A stretch of DNA of 64,000 nt from Anaerolineales bacterium. Lineage in GTDB: Bacteria; Chloroflexota; Anaerolineae; Anaerolineales; E44-bin32. Positions 57,697-64,000 of this stretch are shown piece by piece. The notes below the pieces were generated by a model. That model ran no database searches and had not been told where the DNA came from. It worked only from the letters and a program-made list of their open reading frames with translations. Position numbers and translations under genes: made by a program. Numbering within the stretch: the stretch's first letter is position 1; each line of letters begins with the position of its first letter. The stretch spans positions 138,283-202,282 of the forward strand of contig DAOULU010000006.1 of NCBI GenBank assembly GCA_034417075.1, in the 5' to 3' direction.

Positions 57697-57734
57697 AGGG
57701 GCTACCCTAAAAGGTCAGCCCCTACATTTTCTTT
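57697..57734 (+). terminator. Probable terminator after the SPFH gene
   Basis: AGGGGCT (57697-703) pairs with AGCCCCT (57717-23), followed by ACATTTTCTTT. Confidence 0.45.
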
Positions 57735-57846
57735 ATGAAATAGGTTCTACCCAATCTACTTCATCCTGCAAGGATGACTTTTTTGACATTTCCACTTTAT
57801 TTGCCCGGAACAACCGAGATCGTCCCATCGATCTGTAATCAAAATC

Positions 57847-57877
57847 TGTAGGGGCGGGTTTGAAACCCGCCCCTACA
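57847..57877. repeat. GTAG-headed perfect GC-rich palindrome (REP-like hairpin / bidirectional terminator)
   Basis: TGTAGGGGCGGGTTT-G-AAACCCGCCCCTACA, with 15-nt arms. It lies between the convergent SPFH and nadB genes. Confidence 0.7.
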
Positions 57878-57959
57878 TCGCTATCTCGAAGAGGAAGACG
57901 GCGTGTGTCGATTTGATCAAATCACATCCTATTTCCCAGTATCACATTCTGGAAAATAG

Positions 57960-59552
57960 CTAAATCGCAGCCGTTCCTTTCGTGTCATCACGATAATGGC
58001 AGCCACGGCTGGTGCGGTTGTGCTGGGCGGCTGCGGCGATGATGAGCGCGGCTTGTACGCTGTGACGCAGCCCGATCAATGCGTCGTTAACGCGCGTCGT
58101 GCGGTAGAAAACCTCGATGTCCTCTTTCAAGTGGTTCAAGTCCCGCATGGCGCGTGCCAGCCGCCGGGTGGAACGCACCAAACCCACGTAATGCCACATG
58201 GTATGCTGGATGGTGCGCATGTCACGCCAGATCAAGGCCGGATCGGCATCTTCCTCCAACCCCGCCTCCTCCCAGCGTGGAACTTCGTCCGGCATTACAC
58301 CGTCCACTACGCCGTTTGCGGCGATGTCCTTCGCCGCGCGCACCCCCCAAACGAGACCATCCACGAGGGACGTGCTCGCCAGGCGATTAGCGCCGTGAAC
58401 TCCGTTGCAGGCTACTTCGCCCACAGCATACAGGTTTTGAACGCTGGTGTGCGCCCACTCGTCTGTCCACACCCCGCCGCAGAAATAATGCGCAGCAGGT
58501 ACAACCGGAATGGACTGGCGGGTGATGTCGAGCCCAAGATCCAAGCAGCGTGCGTGAATCGTGGGAAAACGCTCGCGGATGGCGTCGGCCGCCATGACAG
58601 AGTGAATGTCAAGCAGCACATGGTCATAGCCGTTTTCGACCATCTCGTGGTGGATGGCGCGCGAGACGATATCGCGCGGCGCCAGATCGCCCCACTCCGG
58701 ATTGTATTTCTGCATGAAGGCATCTCCCGAGGGTGTGAGCAAACGGCCGCCTTCTCCTCGCACGGCTTCGGAGATGAGAAATCCCTCGCCGCCCGGCGTG
58801 GCGAGCGTCGTCGGGTGGAACTGCACGTACTCGGCGTTGATGACCCGCGCCCCCGCCCGATACGCCATCGCCAGCCCGTCCCCTCGAGCTCCTTCCGGAT
58901 TGGTGGTGTGGCGGAAGATGCGGCCCAGACCTCCCGTGGCGAGGATTGTCTTCCCTGCCAGGTAGCGGCGTACGTCGCGCGTGGCCTGCTCGAAAACGTA
59001 GGCGCCGTAGCACGTAATCGGCTCGTAGACCGTAAGCGGATCGCTGGCATGATGAGGAAACGTGATCAGGTCGACGGCCGTTGCTGCGGGTACGATCTCG
59101 ACGTTGGGTTCCCGATGCAGGGCAGCGATCATGGCCCGGATGATCGCCTTGCCCGTGGAATCCCCAACGTGCAAGATGCGCGCACAGGTGTGAGCCGCCT
59201 CCTGGCCGTAGGCCAATCCGCCATCGGACGTGCGGTCGAACGACACGCCGCAGTACTCGATCAGCAGCTGGCGCACGACTTCGGGACCTTGTTCTGCGAT
59301 GATGCGGGCAGAGGAAGGCAGGCTCAATCCCGCACCGGCGGCAAGGATATCCTCCACCAGTTGATCGGGACTGTCGCCTTCGCCCAGGGAAACGATACCA
59401 CCCTGCGCATAGCGCGTGTTGCTCTCTTCGGGCTCAGCGGCGCGCGTAATGACGATGATCTTCCGCTTGCGATCCTGCGCCAGGCGCAACGCCGTCGCTG
59501 CTCCGGCGATGCCACAGCCAATCACGAGCACATCGCTTCGGACGGGAGTCAC
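57960..59552 (-). CDS. nadB: L-aspartate oxidase
   Basis: FAD motif VLVIGCGIAGAATAL, RYAQGGI, HPTT, GLYAVGEVAC-type region. GTG start at 59552 overlaps the nadA stop (GTGA). The ORF extension to 59795 lies inside nadA. Confidence 0.93.
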   Translation of the reverse strand: MTPVRSDVLVIGCGIAGAATALRLAQDRKRKIIVITRAAEPEESNTRYAQGGIVSLGEGDSPDQLVEDILAAGAGLSLPSSARIIAEQGPEVVRQLLIEYCGVSFDRTSDGGLAYGQEAAHTCARILHVGDSTGKAIIRAMIAALHREPNVEIVPAATAVDLITFPHHASDPLTVYEPITCYGAYVFEQATRDVRRYLAGKTILATGGLGRIFRHTTNPEGARGDGLAMAYRAGARVINAEYVQFHPTTLATPGGEGFLISEAVRGEGGRLLTPSGDAFMQKYNPEWGDLAPRDIVSRAIHHEMVENGYDHVLLDIHSVMAADAIRERFPTIHARCLDLGLDITRQSIPVVPAAHYFCGGVWTDEWAHTSVQNLYAVGEVACNGVHGANRLASTSLVDGLVWGVRAAKDIAANGVVDGVMPDEVPRWEEAGLEEDADPALIWRDMRTIQHTMWHYVGLVRSTRRLARAMRDLNHLKEDIEVFYRTTRVNDALIGLRHSVQAALIIAAAAQHNRTSRGCHYRDDTKGTAAI

Positions 59553-60598
59553 CGGCTTACCTCCAGCATACGCTCCAATGCTATTCGAGCGTCCTGAGCG
59601 GTTTCCCCAGGAACCTCGACTTGATTCACGAAATTCCCCTCCACAAGTCCTTCTAAAACACGACCAACTTTCTCCAGCGTGATGAGATTCATGTTGCGGC
59701 AATTTACCGGCTTTTCCGAGAGGATAGCAACGGATTTGTCCGTATGCGCCTGATCGAGGCGATGGACGAGATTGTATTCGGTTCCTACGGCCCATTTGCT
59801 TCCGGAAGGCGATTCATCAATTCGCCGGATGATGTAAGACGTCGAACCCGCTTCGTCCGCCAGGTCGACGACTTCCATGCTGCACTCGGGATGGACAATT
59901 ACACGAATATCAGGTTCAATCTGACGCCATCGGATCACGTCCTGCGGGGAGAAAACGCGGTGCACCTTGCACCAGCCCCGCCAGAGAAAGATGCGAGCGT
60001 TTCGAAGCGTTTCTGCATCATACCCGCCGCGCGTAAGCTTCGGGTCCCACAACAGCATCTCTTCCAGCGGGATGTCCATCTTCTTGCCCGTGTTGCGACC
60101 GAGATGTTGATCGGGGAAAAAGAACACATAAGGCCGCTGCTCGAAGGCCCAGGCGAGTATCCTTTCGGCGTTCGACGAGGTACACACGAGGCCGTTGTGG
60201 CGGCCACAGAACGCCTTCAACGCAGCCGTGGAGTTGACGTAAGTGATCGGGGTAACCTGAGTCTCGACGTCCAGCACCTCACCCAGTTGATCCCAGACCT
60301 GCTGTACGTCCGTCAGATCGGCCATTTCCGCCAGCGGGCAACCGGCGTTCAAATCCGGCAGGAACACGCTTTGGCCAGCTTGAGCCAGGATGGCGGCGGT
60401 TTCTGCCATGAAGTGCACGCCGCAGAAAACGATGTATTTCGCTTCCCTGCACTTAACAGCATCGAACACCAATTTCAACGAATCGCCCCGGAAGTCCGCC
60501 AGTTGGATCACGGCATCCCGCTGGTAATGATGACCAAGGATTACCACTTCCTCCCCCAATTGGGATTTGAGCTGCGAGACCCGATCGAGTTCGACCAT
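59549..60598 (-). CDS. nadA: Quinolinate synthase
   Basis: 349 aa. ILGHHYQ, FCGVHFMAETA, VIVHPEC. Sits between nadC and nadB. Confidence 0.94.
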   Translation of the reverse strand: MVELDRVSQLKSQLGEEVVILGHHYQRDAVIQLADFRGDSLKLVFDAVKCREAKYIVFCGVHFMAETAAILAQAGQSVFLPDLNAGCPLAEMADLTDVQQVWDQLGEVLDVETQVTPITYVNSTAALKAFCGRHNGLVCTSSNAERILAWAFEQRPYVFFFPDQHLGRNTGKKMDIPLEEMLLWDPKLTRGGYDAETLRNARIFLWRGWCKVHRVFSPQDVIRWRQIEPDIRVIVHPECSMEVVDLADEAGSTSYIIRRIDESPSGSKWAVGTEYNLVHRLDQAHTDKSVAILSEKPVNCRNMNLITLEKVGRVLEGLVEGNFVNQVEVPGETAQDARIALERMLEVSR

Positions 60599-60601
60599 CG
60601 A

Positions 60602-61474
60602 TTATATCCTCATGCTTATATCGAGCGCCGGCGCGGAATGTGTAAGCGCTCCAATCGAGATGTAGTCCACACCCGTCGCAGCGACTTCCGCAACGTACGC
60701 CAAATCCACGTTGCCCGATGCTTCCAAAGGCGTACGACCTGCCGCCATGCGGACGGCTTCACGCATCTCTTCCAGGTCCATGTTATCCAGCATGATGCGG
60801 TCGACATCGAGGGTCAACGCTTCATCTAATTGGTCCATTCGTTCGACTTCGACCTCGATGGGTAAATCCGGGTACACCGCACGGGATCGTTCGACGGCCA
60901 CAGAGATTCCCCCCGCGGCAGCGATGTGGTTATCCTTGATCAAAATCATCTCGTGCAGATTCTTGCGGTGATTCTGGCCTCCACCCATACGAACGGCGTA
61001 CTTCTCGAGCAGGCGATATCCGGGATGCGTTTTCCGCGTATCTAGGATGATGGCTTTGCTCCCTTCGACCGCGCGCACGAAGGTCTGCGTGTATGTCGCG
61101 ATTCCGGAGAGGTGCTGGAGAAAATTTAGGGCGATTCGCTCCGCGGCCAGTAGTTTTCTGCCCGACCCGGCAACCTGCGTGATCTCGTCACCAGCATGCA
61201 CGCCGTCACCGTCTTGTACTTTAGGCTCAAAATGCAACGCCGCGTCTACGCGTGTAAACACCGCCTGAGCGATGGGCAGACCAGCAACGATGCCCGCCTG
61301 CTTGACAACGATCGATCCTTGTATCGACCGATCGGGAGCGATCACTGCGTTGGAAGTCGCATCCCCTGGCCCGATATCCTCTGCGACAGCCAATTCGATA
61401 AGCGGCTGGGCGGCCTTAATCAAATCATCACTCATTCGTAATCCTATGCTGGCTGGATCGTGGAAACTCGACAC
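60602..61474 (-). CDS. nadC: Nicotinate-nucleotide pyrophosphorylase (carboxylating)
   Basis: ALNFLQHLSGIAT, ILDTRKTHPG, AVRMGGGQNHR, IMLDNM, LEASGNV. Confidence 0.94.
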   Translation of the reverse strand: MSSFHDPASIGLRMSDDLIKAAQPLIELAVAEDIGPGDATSNAVIAPDRSIQGSIVVKQAGIVAGLPIAQAVFTRVDAALHFEPKVQDGDGVHAGDEITQVAGSGRKLLAAERIALNFLQHLSGIATYTQTFVRAVEGSKAIILDTRKTHPGYRLLEKYAVRMGGGQNHRKNLHEMILIKDNHIAAAGGISVAVERSRAVYPDLPIEVEVERMDQLDEALTLDVDRIMLDNMDLEEMREAVRMAAGRTPLEASGNVDLAYVAEVAATGVDYISIGALTHSAPALDISMRI

Positions 61475-61646
61475 TCATACCATGGAACTGGAGGAGACCA
61501 TCCGTTTGCAGCAGAAATTACACGAAGTATACGCTGGCAGGTTGGCGATGTCCAGCCAGCCGCCGGCTCGATAATTGACACACAGAAAAAGAACAAACCG
61601 ATGATATGATGTCTCCAACAATGCATCATCATCGAAAAAGGAGAAT

Positions 61647-62474
61647 GTGGTCATGACGGCCGCAGGGAAAATCGATGGAATCACCGTCGCCGCCAATCCA
61701 CAGGAGTCAGAAACGGTTGAATTGATCGATAAATCCTGCGCGCGGGCATTGCGGCTTGCACGAGAGATGTGGGCGCTCGACCCGCCACAGGACTGCCACA
61801 TTTACGTGATGACCTCGTGGTGGAAATTCTTCTTCCGTTCCGCGCCCTGGCCGTGGAAGGTCTTATTGGTCGTCGGATTCCCGCTCTGGGCGTTGCGCGC
61901 ACGTAGGACGTGGCCGTACGCGGCAGCATGGACTCAACGCTATGGTCGCCGCGTCGCCATTGGGGTGAAACCTCCACATTTGTTGGAAATAAGCGACATG
62001 AGCGTCGGCATCCGTATGTTCGTCAAAGAGAAGGACATGCGCCTGAAGGTGCAGCACGTCAGTTGTCACGAACTCGTGCACGCCTGCTCCGCTCACCTCC
62101 AATTGCCGATGTGGTTGAACGAAGGCATCGCCACGGTCACGGTGGACCATTATTTGGGGAAGAGGACGATCCTGAGGACAACGCTTGAACTCCTGCGTGA
62201 TTACCAACCCAAGGCGCCGCCTCCGACGTACCGGCAGCTCTCGCGCATGAAAACTGAGGCCCTCGTCTACCACACCACACGAGGGTATTGGCTCACACGA
62301 TACCTGGCGGAACAGCACCGTGATTTCATGATCAGGCTGTTAGAAACACGCCGCAGCGCTCAGGAGATCGATAATCTCATGGCAGAAAATCTAAAAATCG
62401 ATCCACTGACTTTTTGGCAGGAGATTGATGGGATACTGGTGCAATATTTTTCATCCGAAAGGACTCCTGCCTGA
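61647..62474 (+). CDS. Putative zinc metallopeptidase (peptidase MA-like; HExxH...NEG)
   Basis: VSCHELVHACSAHLQLPMWLNEGIATV matches the gluzincin HExxH plus downstream Glu pattern. The start is GTG 61647 or ATG 61653, after AAAAAGGAG. Confidence 0.6.
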   Translation: MVMTAAGKIDGITVAANPQESETVELIDKSCARALRLAREMWALDPPQDCHIYVMTSWWKFFFRSAPWPWKVLLVVGFPLWALRARRTWPYAAAWTQRYGRRVAIGVKPPHLLEISDMSVGIRMFVKEKDMRLKVQHVSCHELVHACSAHLQLPMWLNEGIATVTVDHYLGKRTILRTTLELLRDYQPKAPPPTYRQLSRMKTEALVYHTTRGYWLTRYLAEQHRDFMIRLLETRRSAQEIDNLMAENLKIDPLTFWQEIDGILVQYFSSERTPA

Positions 62475-62541
62475 AATCGCCTCCTGGGCGAGTCAATTCT
62501 TTCACCCTCTGGCCGTCGATTGCGCACTCGAAGGAGGTTTG

Positions 62542-62871
62542 ATGGCAGATATCGATCAACACATACCAGAAGCAATCTCTCTCTTGTTTGCCGTTCAATA
62601 CCAAGACGGCGGCATCGTGAGCCGCACGATCCTGAAAAAGGAGTCGGGAAACATCACATTGTTCGCCTTCGATGCCGAACAGGAATTGAGCGAACATACG
62701 ACGCCGCACGAAGCGCTGTTGTACGTCTTCGAAGGGGAGGCGCAGGTGACGATTGATTCCACACCACACAAAGTTGAAGCGGGGAGCATCATTCAGTTAC
62801 CCGCCAACGTCCCGCATGCGGTGAAGGCGGTTCAACGCTTCAAAATGATGCTGGTGATGTTGCACGAATGA
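62542..62871 (+). CDS. Cupin-domain protein
   Basis: HTTPHEALLYVFEGEAQVTIDSTPHKVEAGSIIQLPANVPHAVKA. AAGGAGG lies 4 nt before ATG 62542. The longer ORF from 62425 overlaps the previous gene. Confidence 0.8.
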   Translation: MADIDQHIPEAISLLFAVQYQDGGIVSRTILKKESGNITLFAFDAEQELSEHTTPHEALLYVFEGEAQVTIDSTPHKVEAGSIIQLPANVPHAVKAVQRFKMMLVMLHE

Positions 62872-62891
62872 AGTTCGGAATGCCGCCGGAT

Positions 62892-63317
62892 TCACTGCAT
62901 GTCGGTTGGATTTACACGCCGCAGCTTCTTGATTCGCGAACGGCGGCGCTTCTCCATTAAACGGCGTTCTCTGGCGGCTTTGCTGGGTCTCGTCTTCTTG
63001 CGAGGTTTTCGTCGCTGCGCTGCTCGCCGGATGAAGTCGATCAAGCGGTCGATCGCATCCTGACGGTTGCGGGTTTGCGTACGAAAGCGGCGCGCGTTGA
63101 TGATTAAGACGCCTTCTTTGTTGATCCGGTTGCCGGCCAGGCGCATCAAGCGTGCGCGCACGGTCTCGGGCAGCGATGGAGATCGACGGACATCGAAACG
63201 AAGCTGCACCGCTGTGGCGACGCGATTCACGTTCTGCCCGCCCGGGCCGGCTGCCCGGACGAAGTCGAATTGCAATTCATCTTCATCGAGTGAAATGTCT
63301 TTGGTGATTGGGATCAT
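62892..63317 (-). CDS. arfB: Alternative ribosome-rescue factor ArfB (peptidyl-tRNA hydrolase)
   Basis: GGQ motif AAGPGGQNVNRVATAVQLRFD and a basic C-terminal tail (KPRKKTRPSKAARERRLMEKRRRSRIKKLRR). Confidence 0.92.
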   Translation of the reverse strand: MIPITKDISLDEDELQFDFVRAAGPGGQNVNRVATAVQLRFDVRRSPSLPETVRARLMRLAGNRINKEGVLIINARRFRTQTRNRQDAIDRLIDFIRRAAQRRKPRKKTRPSKAARERRLMEKRRRSRIKKLRRVNPTDMQ

Positions 63318-63454
63318 GGCTTAAGCATAATCAAGGCCCCGCAAGGTTTCAAGTCGTTCCTTTAGTTCCGCTTCGATGCAGTATTGAAATGAACCAAAGA
63401 GCTGCCCGTAATGGGCAGCCCTTCATCTATGACGAACGTGCACGGAAGAGAATC

Positions 63455-64000
63455 CTAGCGTAAAGTAAAACTGCCCGATCCACCGTCATAGGTTATTTGG
63501 ATACGGAGTTCGGCATCGGTATAGTTCTCTGATTCCCAGGTTCCTGTGTCGTCGTCGTTATCACCACCATCGCTGATCAGCTCGTATCCATTCGGAACCC
63601 GTACGCTCCCCGATCCACTGTCGTGTACGATCAAGCGCACCCCTGCACCTTCGGGCACCTCGATCGTCGTGCTGCCGGATCCACCGTTGACATTCAGTTC
63701 GGCTGCGGCATCCCCATCGAAGGAAATTTTAAACGAACCGGATCCGACTTCGATGTTCGCTTCAATGTCTGCTCCCTCGGCGACTTCGACCGTGAAGGAA
63801 CCCGAAGCAGAATCGAGGCGAACGTCGTAGCTTTTCGTGCTGGGGGGAAGAATCAAGCGGCTGCTTCCCGATCCGCCATCGATTTCGATGCGCTCCAGGT
63901 TCATACCTCCCAGGTCCAGCCTCGCCGAACCGGATCCCACATCGACGCGTAGATCAACGGGGATTTGCGGGCTTAGTGCAATCTCCCAGCGAGCATCCTG
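63455..64000 (-). CDS. Beta-strand repeat protein with periodic GSGS motifs (DUF4097 / toast-rack-like), 5' end outside window
   Basis: The frame stays open to nt 64000 (..LRVDVGSGSARLDL..). At least seven repeats of h-x-h-x-(G)GSGS-h-x-h-x-h occur about every 20-25 aa. Confidence 0.6.
   Translation of the reverse strand, partial: QDARWEIALSPQIPVDLRVDVGSGSARLDLGGMNLERIEIDGGSGSSRLILPPSTKSYDVRLDSASGSFTVEVAEGADIEANIEVGSGSFKISFDGDAAAELNVNGGSGSTTIEVPEGAGVRLIVHDSGSGSVRVPNGYELISDGGDNDDDTGTWESENYTDAELRIQITYDGGSGSFTLR

Noticed and set aside
1-64000. Scan for tRNA, rRNA, tmRNA, SRP RNA, integrase or prophage genes.
   Set aside because: I saw no T-loop/acceptor-like sequence (GGTTCGAATCC-type) outside coding regions, no rRNA-like stretches and no phage or integrase motifs. 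Absence is judged by eye only, so a tRNAscan/Infernal run is still advisable.

Overview
The window is a 64-kb bacterial chromosomal segment with moderately high GC. Dense Pro/Thr-rich linkers in its secreted proteins, several leaderless-looking starts and the gene content suggest a monoderm Chloroflexota/Anaerolineae-like organism, but that is inference only. Most of the window is ordinary housekeeping: uvrA (5' truncated), a MacAB-like tripartite ABC efflux operon, a gltD-like oxidoreductase, queG, miaB, polA, cdaA-cdaR-der-lepB, deoC, comEC, msrPQ, trpS, dtd, nadC-nadA-nadB and arfB. I found no rRNA, tRNA, CRISPR array, integrase or active transposase. Four things stand out. (1) A ~16-kb accessory block (12.7-28.9 kb) sits between miaB and polA. 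It holds four tandem paralogous giant surface proteins. Each has a signal peptide, a CSLREA motif and a parallel beta-helix, then an internal two-helix membrane hairpin with an Arg/Gly loop, a Cys-bracketed module, a PT linker and a strongly conserved 8-Cys C-terminal domain. They are followed by a tandemly duplicated promoter-lipoprotein-terminator cassette (NBR1-like Ig domain) and by a receiver domain fused to an HUH-less IS200/TnpA-like domain that carries a 2 x 132-bp in-frame repeat. (2) A SelW/Rdx-like selenoprotein gene (52724-52960) has an in-frame UGA in a CxxU motif and a downstream hairpin, and the ORF track misses it. (3) GTAG-headed GC-rich palindromes (REP-like) occur in several intergenic regions. 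(4) A strongly AT-rich single-gene patch encodes a GT-C type membrane glycosyltransferase. All functional calls rest on motif recognition by eye. No database search or computation was run.
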